The notes under the pieces are model-generated. The model did no database searches and was not told where the DNA came from. It saw only the letters and a list, made by a program, of their open reading frames with translations. From the NCBI GenBank assembly GCA_976551045.1, contig CDPCPM010000281.1:9548001-9612000 (forward strand): DNA of 64,000 nucleotides, in the 5' to 3' direction. The position numbers and the translations under genes are program-made. The DNA is from Glaucostegus cemiculus. Lineage: Eukaryota. Positions 12,471-25,600 of this stretch are shown piece after piece (position 1 is the first letter of the stretch; each line of letters starts with the position of its first letter).

Positions 12471-13483
12471 GATGATTGTGTAACGTGATATCATGCACAT
12501 TTCCAGAAATGCAGTAAATCTCATTCACTAATCATAGTTGAACTTATACAATTATACCTGTTACAATTAAGTTGCACAAGACATTTTACCACACTATAAT
12601 AGCATCATAAAAATACAAGTTGTCAGCACTGTTGTTCGATCTCTGAACTTTTGGAACCCCTTTACTGGTATTCACAGTATTTCCTTTGCCAATCAAGATA
12701 GTGAAGGATGTCTGTCCTGAACTCCAGTATGCAGTAAGGTCTGTGAAGAGCTTGATTTTTTTTGTGCTGATGTTCACAGCATCACTCCTTTGACAGACTG
12801 CACTTGCAAAGTGTGAGGACTGTGAATACCAGTCAAAGTGGTTTTCACACATATTCTCATGACAAAAACTTTTATTAAAATCTCCAAGAGGCATGTAGAG
12901 TTGTGAGTCAATATGAACTGTGAAGGTAAGAGCCCAAATTGTGCAAATTCTGTTGGCCCACATTTTCCTCAATTTGAATATATTCAAATTGAATTTAACC
13001 AACATAGGAATCCGTTTTTAATTAACTCGTGAATGTGAGCAGATTGTTCTTTTGGTAGCACAAAAGCCAACGATTATTCCTTGTTCTAAATGTTGCCATT
13101 GCAGAAATTATCCTGCTGTGAGCTTGCATAGGAACTAATCATATACGCATGATGGAAAAAGCACATCATTTTGATAATATTAGAAGCCAGGAACCTCATA
13201 TACATGAAATTTTTAAAAATAATCAAGAAAGATGAAAAAATGTAGCAACAATGTAATAGAAGGAGGTCAGGTAGTCTTGAGGTGAAAAGATTGATATGAA
13301 AAGGTGTTCCCCACAACCAACAGAAAATACATACTTTGATCCCATTTAAAATACTTAAGCATTATAGCTGGAAGAAGCAAGTGGAATTCAAATCGCGATC
13401 CAAGTAGTGCTCTCAGTAGATCATTACTGTTAGTTATAAATCTCAACTTGCTTAGTATCAGCAATAGGAATCAGAATTGTATG

Positions 13484-13769
13484 ACTCCCTGTTCCCTCCA
13501 TCCCTCCCACAAACACCAAAAGATGCTAGGCGTACAAAAATGCACCAGCACTTTAAATGTCCATTGTCTGCTGTGTCTGTACGCTCACTCTAAGATTGTT
13601 TATTCGAGTCGCTATTTAATTTTGTGGTTCCAATGTTGTTAATGTCTTTGTGTCTCTCATTGTTTTTTTAATGTGACAAGCACCTTGATCTGTGGAGTAT
13701 GGTATTTTGCTCCTATGCATGCTGAATGTGTATATGGTAGTGACAATAAAACTGATTCTGATTCTGATT
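13484..13769 (+). mobile_element. Rex1/Babar LINE 3' UTR copy
   Basis: Colinear with 18552-18842; ends GACAATAAAA(CTGATT)3. Confidence 0.88.
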
Positions 13770-15844
13770 GGTGGGCAATAGTTGAGTCACAACTAATACT
13801 GCAGTGCGGGATTCTGGAACCACTGAAAGTTCCAGAGAGTTTTACAATGATACTTATCCAATCAGGCAAAATGCAGTGGAAATCTCCAGCTTTTAACAAA
13901 ATTGGATGTGACTAGGGAATAAGCTGCTCCTGACTCTGTTATCATTAAATGTACTGATATTTGCCACAGTTTTCCATTGAATTGGAGGGGGATTGATGGA
14001 TGTACAAGAGAGAATAGATTATAAGGGAATAAGTGGGGCAGTGGGATTGATGGGAAGCCCTGAGTGCCTGCATTAACTTGATGGGCTAAATTGTCATGTT
14101 GTGAGAAAATGTGAGGAAAAAATAAAATAAAATGAGATGCATATGGAATATACAACAAGAAATGGTGATTTTCCTTGTAATATACTGGAGTCACATAGGT
14201 AACAAGGAGAACATGGTCTTTAGCTTCCTCCACAATGATCAGAAGTTGTTTCACAAGAAGGCTAACGTGCACCACACTCATGCACATAAGGCAGCTGACT
14301 ACCCTCTGATTAACCAGTCACGGGAAAGAGACGGAGAAAACACAGGAAGGGCCTGGAAACCTACCTGACCCCAGGGAACAGAGGTGCCACTATACCCTGA
14401 GGCTGCAGTCGTCCTCTTAAAGAGAGAAAGGCAGTAATGAGCACCTTGCTCACTTCCCAGATTCCAAACTGTCCATTTTGTTTACATCAAGAATCAGAAC
14501 AATACCTCACACTCTTCTGTCCTCTCCAGTGTCAGCCTCTTGCCATTTCTTCCCACACTGTGGTGGTTTCCACAAGAGACTATGTATCATTGTACCTGGC
14601 AATGGTGAGCTTCTTCTTAACGGTGGGAATCCATTGGGGAGCCCATATTACAAAACGTGAGATCCCTAATCCAAGAGAACAGTTTGTATTCGCAGCAGAA
14701 CCAGCACGCAGTGGTCCTGTGCCAACTCCCATCCAACAGTGAAGGCATCCTGGAGGGAGATGGAGGCCTATTCAAAATTTAGAAAATATACTAGGAATCA
14801 AAACCAGGCTCCTCAGATGTTGTCCATTGGCCTGAATCTGTTATTTTTCATTCATAACCTGATTGGTAATAAGTGCAAGGATAGAATGAACCTTCACATT
14901 GCTTTAACTGACAACTGTCATCAATAATTACAAATTTCATCGAGCAGTCTCAGATGACACTTTGCGTGTGGGATTGGGCACAGGAATTCTATCCCTGTTA
15001 CCATTACAGGTGGTGAAGAGAGTTGCTTATTTCAATCTTGGTGGGAATTGTCCTCAAGCATCTGATGGAAGCTTGAGATTATGCATGGTTCCTTTCAGGA
15101 GGATGTAACTGCCACAAAACCATTAATGTTTAATAGAAAAGAAATTTTCAAATGACTGGAAATAAGTCAATGGTGATAATTCAGCATTTCTGGTTTATTT
15201 CTTAATTACAATCTAGTTAAATCAACATAATAGAAAGCTGTCATTTTTTAAATGCTAGTGCTAGTTGCAGCTTTACCCCAGAGCAAACTTGATATTTTAT
15301 TCTGTTTTTAGTATTACACAAAAACCTCAAGGGAAATTAGATCATATTTATAATACTCTTTTCATTTACTGGGTTGCCATTGATCCCATTAACTTTTTGT
15401 CTAGACCTTAACAACTGGGAATACAAAAGAGGTCCTGGCCTGCCTGCTGTTTATTTTAAACCTTTAAGTGGCAGGGTGCAGTTTGCCCTTCCAGGACAAG
15501 TGTTTAGCTATTAATCTGACACTGGTCTATCTAAAATGTGAATGCTACACACACTGGGTGTTTGTTGTTGGGGGAGAGACACCCATTGCCACATCTGTCC
15601 CTCATTGCTGGCAAAGTTGAGGCTGGAAGTCATCCTGCTGACCTTTCACTTATGGCCCCTCACCTTCAGTTTCTTGGGTCATCTATTGCATAAAGCAGAA
15701 TAAATACATGAAATATAAAACCTGGGTGATAAATTAGTCTTGAATTCATTTTTGGAATTCTATTGGTGCCACCATTACAATTCTCCAATTCCCATTCAGT
15801 GAGCTATTTTTGTGTAAAGTAGATGTGTGAAGAATGGAATTAGA

Positions 15845-16430
15845 GATAAGAACATAAGAAACAGGAGAAGGAATCGGCCATGCAACACCTTGCGCTGGTT
15901 CCAGCATTCAATGGCTGATCCTGTGCTTCAGAAACACTTTCCAACCTGATCCCAGAATCGTTTGATTTTCTTGGTGTCTAAAAATCTACTGATTTCTCAT
16001 GATTAAATATCCACAACTCCTTGGGTAGGTAATCCCAACAATACTCCGAATAAAGAGATTTCTCCTCATTTCAGTTTTAAGTGGCCAACTCCTTATCCCA
16101 AGATAATGCACTGATTTCTGAATTCTCCAGACTGAGGACATAGCCTCTCAACATCTGTCCTGTCAATCACTTTCACAATCTTGTATGTATCATTCTTCTA
16201 ACCTTCTGTGAGAATAGGCCAGTCTTATAATATCTTTGTAGGACAAAACAGTTCTTCCAAGCAAGCTGCTTTATCTCACATATTCTCACATCATACTCAT
16301 CCTACATCTTCATGCTCATTCTCTCAATTTGTTACCATCCATTTGTACACGACTTTCAATTCCCTCAACAGCTCCCTTTCACACTTAGCCTTGTATCGTC
16401 AAAAGTGAACATGCTACATACTACCTTTTC
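15845..16430 (-). mobile_element. Degraded CR1/HER1 LINE 3' portion
   Basis: AAGAACATAAGAAACAGGAG tail, ATTTCTCCTCATTTCAG and CTGTCAATC...AATCTTGTATG are reverse-strand CR1 motifs. Confidence 0.75.
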
Positions 16431-16612
16431 AAAGTCAAAGGTGAGTTTATTGTCACATGCACGAGTGCATTATGCACAGGTGCAATGAAAAACTTACTAG
16501 CACAGCATTACAGGCACATAGCATCAGAGACACAACATTCACAAGAAAAACATAAATTAAACATTTTTATAGAATATTTACAAGAAAGAACACAATTAGA
16601 ACAAAAAAATTT
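16428..16612 (-). mobile_element. Rex1-like LINE 3' UTR (second subfamily)
   Basis: TTTATTGTCACATG...ACAGGCACATAGCATCAGA...ACATTCACAAGAAAA; reverse complement of the copy at 60607. Confidence 0.7.
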
Positions 16613-16732
16613 GTCTAAGATATTAATGTAGATTGTGAATGGCCACAATTGACTAACTTCCCAAGACCTGCGTTTGTACAGTGGGGCTGTGAGTAAGGGT
16701 AGCTAATAACCAGGAGACTTACCTCCTTCACA

Positions 16733-16820
16733 CTGTGCCTATGATGCTGCTGCAAGTAGGTTTTTCCTTACACCTGTGCACACATGTGTTTGTGCATCTG
16801 ACAATAAACTTGACTTTGAA
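16733..16820 (+). mobile_element. Short Rex1-like 3' tail, inverted relative to 16428
   Basis: TGTGCCTATGATGCTGCTGCAAGTA...TGACAATAAACTTGACTTTGA. Confidence 0.7.
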
Positions 16821-17949
16821 CACCTTCAGAAAAGAACTCTGAAAACTTTTTTTAAAAATCCATGTTTTTTTGAATTCAGTGTCTTCGGGAATTTTTATTT
16901 TCACACTTTTTGTTTCTTTAGTATTATCCTTGAATGTGATTGTGTATCATAAGTGGGTTAAACATTGGAGTTAATCCTTCAGTTTAAGTCAAGCCTTCAC
17001 TGAAGGGTTAAGAATGTCCCTAATCTGTTGGGTGCAATGTGTGAGTTGTGTCTGCACAAAGCCATTCCAGTTCCTCAGGGGCACAGGCCTACGGAACAAA
17101 ACCTTCACAAACTCAGTGCCAATTTCCAATGTCTCTCGATCGAGCATCAAGTTGAATTACTATGGAAACAGGTGGAGACAAATAACATTCTCCTTCATTC
17201 AGGGATGAATTAATGGTTTCTGCACTGCACAAAATTGCAGCAACAAAGTAGACAGTTTTTGTTACCACGTGTAGCTTTGCTGTGTCACTGAGGAAACAGA
17301 GGGAGATAAACCAGATAATGTTTCAGGTGGGTAAAGTTTCATTGGAAATGCACCTTAAGCTTTCCAGCATGACAGCATTTTGCTTATGCATTTGCATTTG
17401 TTTTTTGACTCTGCTCACTTTTCCCTTGGCTTGCTGAACCTTGCAGCCCAACAGAGCCCCACTTTTGATTCTTGATCTGCATTGAGTTCGCTGCTGGGTG
17501 TCTGAAACCAAGTTCCATTTTCCATCCTTCACTTTGAAGAACAAAACACTGCGAAACAAAATTTGAAATGAGTGGATCGCCTGACATTCCTTGGGCCAGT
17601 GTCTCTTTCACATGTTAGAAAGGTGGCTTTAACTTTTAAAGGCTTCTTGATCCCTCAAATCATGGAAGAGAGTAAACACAGGTTTTGAAAGTGACAAACA
17701 AGGTGGACAGCAGAATTCAATAGAAGGGTTACTTGACAACTCACAGATCGTTATCAGTTACCCTTGCTGTGCTAAGTGCCTAAAACCTTCTATTTACTGT
17801 TTACCCATCTCCATGACAAGGCTGGAATTTGGGAATGCAGGAGAGTCAGACCTTTCTTGCTGGACAAAAGGTGAACATACTTAAATACTGGACTTTGATT
17901 CTCTCCTCTTGTTGATGTAATAACTCATTGCTGGATACATGTCCAAAGG

Positions 17950-19108
17950 AAGAAAGAAAGAGACATATCCCTGTAGCCTCAACCAGGACATCCCAAAGTA
18001 CTTGTGCAGTTTAGTTACTTCTGTAATCTGGGAAATGCAGCAGTCAGTTTGGGCAAGGAAAGCTCCTACAACAGCAATGTAGTAATGAGAAGGTAGTCTT
18101 TTTTTTAATGATGTTTGTTGAAACAACATTACCTGGTCCATTAACACCATGGCCCTCACCAAGGAAGCCCAGAAGCGCCTCTACTTCCTGTGGAGACTGA
18201 GGAAAGTGAACTCCCATCCCTCGGTTATGAAAACTTTTTATAGAGGGACCATTGAGAGCATCCTAACAAACTGCATCACTATTTGGTTTGGGAGCTGCTC
18301 AGCTGCTGGACGGAAGTCCCTCCAGAGAATAGTGAGAGCGGCAGAGAAGATCATAGGTGTCTCTCTACCCTCTATTGCAGATATATATAAAGATCGATGT
18401 GTTAGAAAGGCCACAAATATAATGTCGGACCCTTCTCACCCCTCCTACCACCTCTTCACACTCTTGCCGTCTGGAAGAAGGCTCCAGTGCATCCGGGCAA
18501 GGACAACTAGACTGTGCAATAGCTTCTTCCCACAAGCTATTAGAACTGTGAACTCCCTCATCCCTCCATCACTCCCGCCAACACTAAAGGATGCTAGGCG
18601 TACAGAAACGCACCAGCACTTTAAATGTCTGCTGCCAGTATGCTCACTTTAAGATTATTTATTTAAGTTGTGTTATTTAATTTTGTGGTTCTAATGTTTT
18701 TAGTGTCTCTCTGTCTTTGTGCCTCTCAGTGTTTGTTTCTTTTTTTAATGTGACGAGCACCTTGACCTGTGGAGTACGGTATTTCACTCCTATGCATACT
18801 GAATGTGTATATAGTAGTGACAATAAAACTGATTCTGATTCTGTTTCTGAACAATGAACATTAGCCAGGATTCTGGAAATAGTTCCTCTGCTTTTCTCAG
18901 AAGTAATGCTGTAACACTGGTTACATACGCTTTAAGTGGGCACGTGGGGCCTTGGTTTAATGCAGCTCTTCAGTTGGTGCAGCAGCCCTTCAGTACTGCA
19001 GTGTAGTGTCAGCCTAGAATCTTGTTCTTGGGTTTCCAGAGAGGGATTGGAACCTACAAACTTCTGACATGGAGGTAAAAGTATTAACACCTGAACCACA
19101 AAGATACC
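17950..19108 (-). mobile_element. SacSINE1-like DeuSINE split by a Rex1 insertion (pieces ~17950-18120 and ~18845-19108)
   Basis: AGGACATCCCAAAG...ACAGCAATG (3' part) and GGGGCCTTGGTTTAA...CAGTACTGCA..GTGTCAGCCTAG...GAACCTACAAACTTCTGAC (5' part). Confidence 0.82.
18121..18842 (+). mobile_element. Rex1/Babar LINE, 5'-truncated: RT C-terminal ORF remnant (18149-18652) plus 3' UTR
   Basis: AQKRLYFLWRLRK..FYRGTIESILTNCITIWFG..DPSHPSYHLFTLLPSGRR..NSFFPQAIR is the characteristic Rex1 C-terminus; tail GACAATAAAACTGATTCTGATT. Confidence 0.95.
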
Positions 19109-19394
19109 TAATGCCCCTTAGTTGTTCGTCCAGTTGCATTAATTATAGCAATTATCAGCATGCTGGGGAAAAAAAAGACACAACATAGTGAACACCGGTG
19201 GTGCACTTCACCTGCAGGCATCAATTTGCACAAGGAGCTTTAGCTGATGTTTCCATGCCTAATGCAGACTGTTGCCCCGGCTGACATCAGATGATTCATA
19301 ACGGATCAGAAATCAGAACTGGGATCTTGTTGGACTGCACAGTTCAACAAACCACTGGAAAAGTGATTGGTGTCAGAAATAAATACTAACCCAA

Positions 19395-19525
19395 ATCCTG
19401 CTGAAATAAACACAGACAATGCTCTTAAAGTGAAAGGTCAATGCCCTGAACGTTAATATTCTTTCTGTCTTCATAGGTGTGCCTGACATGCTGAGTATTT
19501 CCAGCATATTCTGTGTTTATTTGAG
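19395..19525 (+). mobile_element. Penelope-like pLTR remnant with short inverted arm
   Basis: TGAAAGGTCAATGCCCTGAACGTTAAT...TGCCTGACATGCTGAGTATTTCCAGCA; upstream AAATAAACACAGA is the inverse of TCTGTGTTTATTT. Confidence 0.75.
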
Positions 19526-20339
19526 ACAGATGCATGGTATATGTAAATGCATGATGTCACTGCATAGAATATTTGATCATGTGTATCGCTTTGTGCATGT
19601 GCACAGTCTGAGGTGAACCTTGAATAAACCACAAACACCTTCCTGAGCTCTCTGTGTTTCCCACAGATTACTCGGCACACTGCATGTTACTCTGCTGGAG
19701 ACTGGCGACCAACAGGGATCTATACATTACAAAATGTGCAGATGTTTTGTGATAAATTTGTGTCTGCGACTCCTGCGCAAGTTAATGCTCAGGGCTGTAA
19801 TACTCTCAAAACATCGGTGATCTAAATTACATGCACATTTCAAATACTATGAAAGGAAGTCACATGGAGCTGTTACATCAAACTGGTATCAAATAGCTTG
19901 ATACTATTGTATTGGAAGCAGGCCAAACCCTTTCACTAATGGCACAACAGGACCCAGCTGTTTGATGCATCAGCTTTGGTCTTAGGATAAAGCTGAATTT
20001 CTTTGTCATATTAAACCTAGACTTTAGGAACGAATGTTCATAAATCTGGGTATGACTGTTGTTTCGCCTTAACATACTTCCAGTACAAATTACACATTGT
20101 GCAGCATTTTTGTTTAGATGGCAGGACTTGCTATAAAGTATTTGAAAGCATCAACATCTGAAAGACAAAATGATTATCCAGAAATTTATCAACATATTCA
20201 ATGACTTTTTTGACGTAGATCACCAGCGTGTGATGTTTTGGACTTTCAAGGTTGTAAATGTCAGGGAAATAGATTAACAGTGAGGTGGGAGATCTGAATT
20301 TATATTTCTGTTTAGAGTGGAGAAAACGTAACTTCTGTA

Positions 20340-21240
20340 TGTAAACATTACAGGATGAAAATGGCGGTGAATAATGGCACACAGTGACAGCTGTTAGACC
20401 AGGCAATGGTGAGGCCTGCTGCTTTCTCAGTGATAATTTAGCGCTGCTGTGTAATTCCATCTTTTCTCCCCTGGATGGAGATCCACAGGCAGATGGTAAG
20501 AGCTGAAAGCTCTCTGTAGAATAATCTCAGCAGCATGCAGAATGCACTTCCGAGAAGTTGGGCCTCCATGGGCATTTTATGACAGCTTAATGTGCATCGT
20601 TCACATTTGCTCATTTCAATTTCGCATTATATAAAAGCAGTTTAAAATGCCAGTTGTGGTGCTGTAAAATGTTCGCTTTAGTGTTTATCTTTCTTGTTAT
20701 CAAAAACCAATGCTGAATAATGAAGCTGAAGCTTTGCCCTTTGGTAGCACGATAGCTCATTACCCAAGAGCTGCCTCCATCTGCACTCATGGGTGCTTTG
20801 GGAGCCATTATGATTATGGTGGAAATCTCAGAAGCCATTATCAAGAGGAGACAGAGGGCTTACTGTAGACTGCCTAATGGGCTAATTTGTAATTGGGAGA
20901 GGGAAATAAGTTACTAGCTATAGCTTTATTTGATGGAGTGTGGCAGAGTGCATGCTAAATGTGATAAATGAGCAGGAAGGCTTGTTTGCACAATGGGTTT
21001 TACAAAGCCTCTTTTCTCCCGAGCATTGGCAACATGCTGACTGGTTTTGCGATTTGAGGGAAGGGAAACTCTGGGGAGTAGGTGAAGGTGCAAGAAGTGT
21101 TGTTAAATGGCAATATCATGAAGGAAGCTAATGGCAAGGAAAAGCCCTCCAGACTGCCTACTTTTGCACGCAATTATGGAGCTGATTTTTGAGATAAAAA
21201 TATATCAATGTGAATTTGAAATAATAATCTAATTTTGTGT
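20340..21240. promoter_or_regulatory. Candidate conserved non-coding enhancer block
   Basis: Repeat-free; AAAATGGCGG (YY1-like), TGACAGCTGTTA at 20385-20396, TTTTATGACAG at 20575-20585, multiple TAAT/ATTA motifs. Confidence 0.4.
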
Positions 21241-21627
21241 TTTTACCATTAGAGGAGGTTTATGCTCATTAAAACTTGGGTTGAACACACAGATATGTTT
21301 TCATGCAATCATGTGACTGCCTGAAAGGTAAATTGAGGGCATTTTGAGTAACCAGGAATGTATCATTATAGTTGTGTGATATTAGAGTTTGTTAGTGGAC
21401 TATAGACTCATATATTTATGTTCTGGGAGAGGGATGTTTCTCTTGGCTATGTTTTAATGCAAGTCATTGCAACACATAATATTTTTCCGGTATGAAAAAT
21501 CAAAAGGTCAAAATGTTTTTGTGCACATGCAGATCCTTGCTAAAATGGCATCAGTTTTGTGTAGGGAAGCAATTTTCTTTTGTAGTTCATGTGTCTGGTG
21601 TCAAACACATAAGCATTTGGAAGTGCA

Positions 21628-21724
21628 GCACCCAAAACATTGGAGTCACTCAGCAGGTCAGGCAGCGTCTATGGAGGGAAATGGACAATCAACATTTCAG
21701 GTCGAGACCCTTCACCTGGACTGA
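21628..21724 (-). mobile_element. Penelope-like pLTR remnant with degenerate hammerhead motif
   Basis: Reverse complement: AGTC-CAGGTGA-AGGGTCTCGACCT-GAAA-TGTT-GATT...AGACGCTGCCTGACCTGCTGAG. Confidence 0.85.
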
Positions 21725-21794
21725 GACCCTCTCTCCTCTGGCATTTGAAATAGTTGTACGCAGTGACCATGTGTTGTTACATATGAACCTAAGA

Positions 21795-22232
21795 AATAGA
21801 AGCAATAGTAGGCCAATGGAACCTCTCGTGCTGCACTGGCATTCGATACAATCACGAATGATCTTCAACCCCAGCACCATTTCCCTGCACCAGCCCCACA
21901 TCTCTTATTTTCCTTAATATCTAAAAATCTGTGGATCTTAGTCTTAACTACCGTCAACTTCATTATCCTCAAAATATCCCCAGCCTGCCTAATCATTAAG
22001 GTATTTTCAAAAAACATGAACATAAAACCATCATCCCATATCACAGTCAGAACTCTTATAGCAATGAGAACTGCTTTATGAGTCATTGGGGTGAACTTGG
22101 GCCAGCTTTTGCCTGCAGCTGGCAGTGGTCACAGACTTCCAATCAGGAAAGCATCCTTCCACAACTGCCCTCTGCCTCCTATCACCATTGCCAATTTTGG
22201 ATCCAGTTAGCCAGCTTGCCTTGTATTGGGTG
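21795..22232 (-). mobile_element. Degraded CR1 fragments (3' tail ~21795-21960; RT piece ~22160-22232)
   Basis: AGCAATAGTAGGCCA tail motif; CCCTCTGCCTCCTATCACCATTGCCAATTTTGGATCCAGTTAGCCAGC encodes an LANWIQNW-like RT segment on the minus strand. Confidence 0.55.
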
Positions 22233-22485
22233 GAATGCAGATTTCAGTGGTGGCCTTCCCAAAGAGGGCTCAGATAACTTGTGTTCCAGCAGGCTTTCTT
22301 CCTTCTACTTAAGTCTGCTCCCGCAATTAATGACTGCATCATTTCTGAAGCTTGTAAACATGCTTAAATGCTCCAACAGTACCGTCCAACGTGTTGCGTG
22401 CCGACTGATGTCACATGCATCGAAGATCGTATTACAGTTTCCCTTGTGCTCTGTCTGCTCATGTAAGTGCCAATGACATTTACAG

Positions 22486-22682
22486 AATCAGAAAACACTA
22501 GGCAGGTAAGGCAGCATTAATGCAAACAAAAACACAGTTAATGTCTCAGATCTGAGACCCTACATCAGACTTGAAATGATAATTCTGTTTCTCTTTCCAC
22601 AGATGCTGCCTTTCTAGCTGATCATCTCTAGCATTTCCTGTTTTTATTTCAGGTTTCCAACATCTGCAATTTTTTGATTTTT
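22486..22682. mobile_element. Inverted pair of Penelope pLTR fragments
   Basis: Minus arm GGCAGGTAAGGCAGCAT...CATCAGA joined to plus arm CTTGAAATGATAA...CACAGATGCTGCC...TTTCCAACATCTGCA. Confidence 0.8.
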
Positions 22683-25600
22683 CAATCACATATAGCAGTC
22701 AGCTTACAGCTACAAATCTGTCGCATCATGATGAGCGTGCGCTGGCAACACAATTTCCAGTCTGTAATCTTTAGAAACAGGCATGAGCTATTCCTTTTTC
22801 ATGGTCATTGCATTCTACCCACCATATTCCTTAACTGTTCTCCAGAGATTCAACCAGTTGCCTTGTGAACCAATTTATTGCCAGCTTCGATAGGAAAGCC
22901 AAAGAGAGCTTTCAAGAATGCAGCCGATGATCATTGTTCTCTTGCATTGTATTGCATCGGTACCTCTGGTTGCTCTGGGATTTGGCATCAGAGTATGCAA
23001 CAAAAATAAGAGAGTTCTGTCTATAACATAATATGCTGTTTTTACTTTTGGCCATAAGGATGACTCATATGGGGATAATAGCCAGGTTTACTCTCCGAAA
23101 ATGGTCCAATTTATTTTGAGCCACATGACTCCAGAATAAAGATGTTTTGTCTGGTCAGATATCCAAGGGAGGGCAAAACTACTTGATTCAAATACAAGTA
23201 TCTTTTGGATTTTATTTGTATTTATGTTTGATCTGAAGCTCTTTTTGAGTCTAAATTTCCTTTGTCCCAGACTAATATTGAGGTAATTTCCCAGCCTGTC
23301 TGCTGAGTTGTCCATCCAAAGTCACTGGAGAAAGAAAAGCCTGAGAGACTCAATAGACTGTTAGCAACATCACATAAAGGTTAATAGTCAAGGGCTTTGA
23401 GTCTGGGCCAGTTTATGTTGCTTATTAGCACAGCATATGTGACCATTTATTATTTTTTATCTTCTGTGGAGGGATAGTTAGACATATAACTACTGTAAAT
23501 CTACGGTATGGTGTTGCTTCTGCTCAATTATCCATTTACTGTTTAATAAATCTGCTTGGCAGTTTATTGCTGAGACACAGTTCAGTGAAAGGATATTCTA
23601 TCGAGTGAGAACTTTCTGTCCTGGGATTGCTCTATAATTCCCGTGATATTGGGTAGATAAAGGGCAGGTCATAGCTTCAAGAGCTCACCCATGAGAGTGG
23701 CTCGGAGGACTAAAATCAGAAATTTTTGGGGGGGATGACAATTATAAAATACCCATGACAAACCAACCACTGTATACGCACAATCTTCCTGCACCATGGT
23801 GTCAGCCCTTTTTGTCTGAATACCATTGCAGGATTTAATCAGAGAAAATATGGCATTTGTTTGCAGGATTTATGTTTACAATGCTGCTGCCAGGAATTGG
23901 TCAGAGCACAAAATGTCTTTAAAATCCACAAAGTTGGGCAGGTACAAGCTCAGTGCACTGATTAGCCAGTGTTAGACTATAGCAGATCAACAGAGTAAGG
24001 GTAATATTGAGCTTTCCAGGCCACGACTGATGTGGCGAGATGCATCAAGGAGTGCAGGGTAATCAGATGGGTGAAGATCAATATAAAAGCAGCTCTGACC
24101 TTTCCTGGTAACTTACTGCACAATTCTGTTGACCTTTGGTGACGAAGCTTATTTTTCACTTTGAGTTCTTCTAATTTAATTTTTAAGTTGTATACCTACT
24201 GCTAAAAACTTCATTGCTGTGGGAAAAAAATTGACAACATCAATTTTGTCATTTCTCCCTTCCTCTTCAAAGTTTCAATTGAGTTGCTACAAAACAAACT
24301 AAACTTCCTTAACCTCTTTTTACAACTCAGTCTTCTTATTCTGACAGTATCTTTGTTGCTCATCATTATCCTTTGAAGGGCAATAATATCTGTTCAGTGT
24401 TTCATTAATATAAATTATACAATATAAATGAGTTAAATTAGACATGTTATATTATACTCTCGATTGACTCTGTCAGGATATGACCCCTTCTCATTACCAC
24501 ATTGACATGGAGTTAAGTAAGAATAAGATTGGTTGAGGCTCAGGAACAAGTTAACATGTAACACAGCTCCGCTATATAAATTGGAAGGACTAAGTTGCTT
24601 TTATGAAGCACACCACACAGAAAGCACTTCATATAGAATCAATTACTTTGAAGCACAGTCACAGTTGTTATGTAGACAAAAACATCATGAGCAAAGGAAG
24701 GTTCAAGTTAAACAAAAGCCATACTATATTTCAAATATGCTAACATTGTTTTTGAAAGTAAGAAGCAAGCAAAATTTGAGTCACTTTGCGAGCAGCTTCT
24801 CAGCAGGTCAGGTAATTTATTCTTTTTGAGTAGCAAAACATTGTCTTTGCCAGCCTTTTTGAATTGCTTTGTTATGTGCACAGTTAGTAAGGGAGAACAG
24901 ACAAAGAGGGAGAAGGAAAGGCTGAAGGCAGGATCTGAGGAATTGAAGTAATGTATTTATACCTTAGGCTGTGCAATCTGTTGTCAATCACAATCCACCA
25001 GGGCTAGCAACCAAGACCTCCCTTCATCACAGCTCCTGACCTTAGAGTCCAGCCAGACATTTGGAGTCACAGTAATGGCTCAGTAATTGCTGGAGTGGGA
25101 TATTGCCAGTAGAAGATGCCTTATCAGCACTTACTTCACTGGCTTTCTTATATAATTGATTGGGATAATGAACCCTAATTTCAGTGATTAATGGTGGGTA
25201 ATCTTTTGTCAAAGATTACATTTGAACTGCCTTTCTGGCACTGAAGGTATGTTTGTACTGGGATACGTTCAGTGTGATTTCTGGAAGAATCAACTTGGGG
25301 AAGCTCAGTTCATCAGCTGAGGTTGGGGAGTCGGTCCTCCAAATATGAGCAAAACACGTCAGAGCTCCCCTCCACTTTAGTAACCTTCATCTTCCATTTC
25401 ACGTATTCTGGTACAATCCCACATTTCATAAATTTCAACTCCTTGCATCTAAACTATTACATCTATAGTTTATGCTCCTGATATTTGAGAGTGACTTTTT
25501 GCAGTCCCTGCCTGCTGCCTGCATGTGTTAGCTTGGGGTCTGAGTTACTTGTCCATTTACCTCCCTTCCAACTGTTACTTCCAACCTGCAAGATCTGAGG

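Noticed and set aside
18149-18652. 167-aa ORF as a host gene
   Set aside because: It is the C-terminus of a 5'-truncated Rex1 RT, followed by a LINE tail.
20460-20501. Possible exon ending ATG|GTAAGA
   Set aside because: No convincing acceptor or coding signal; lies within a CNE-like block.
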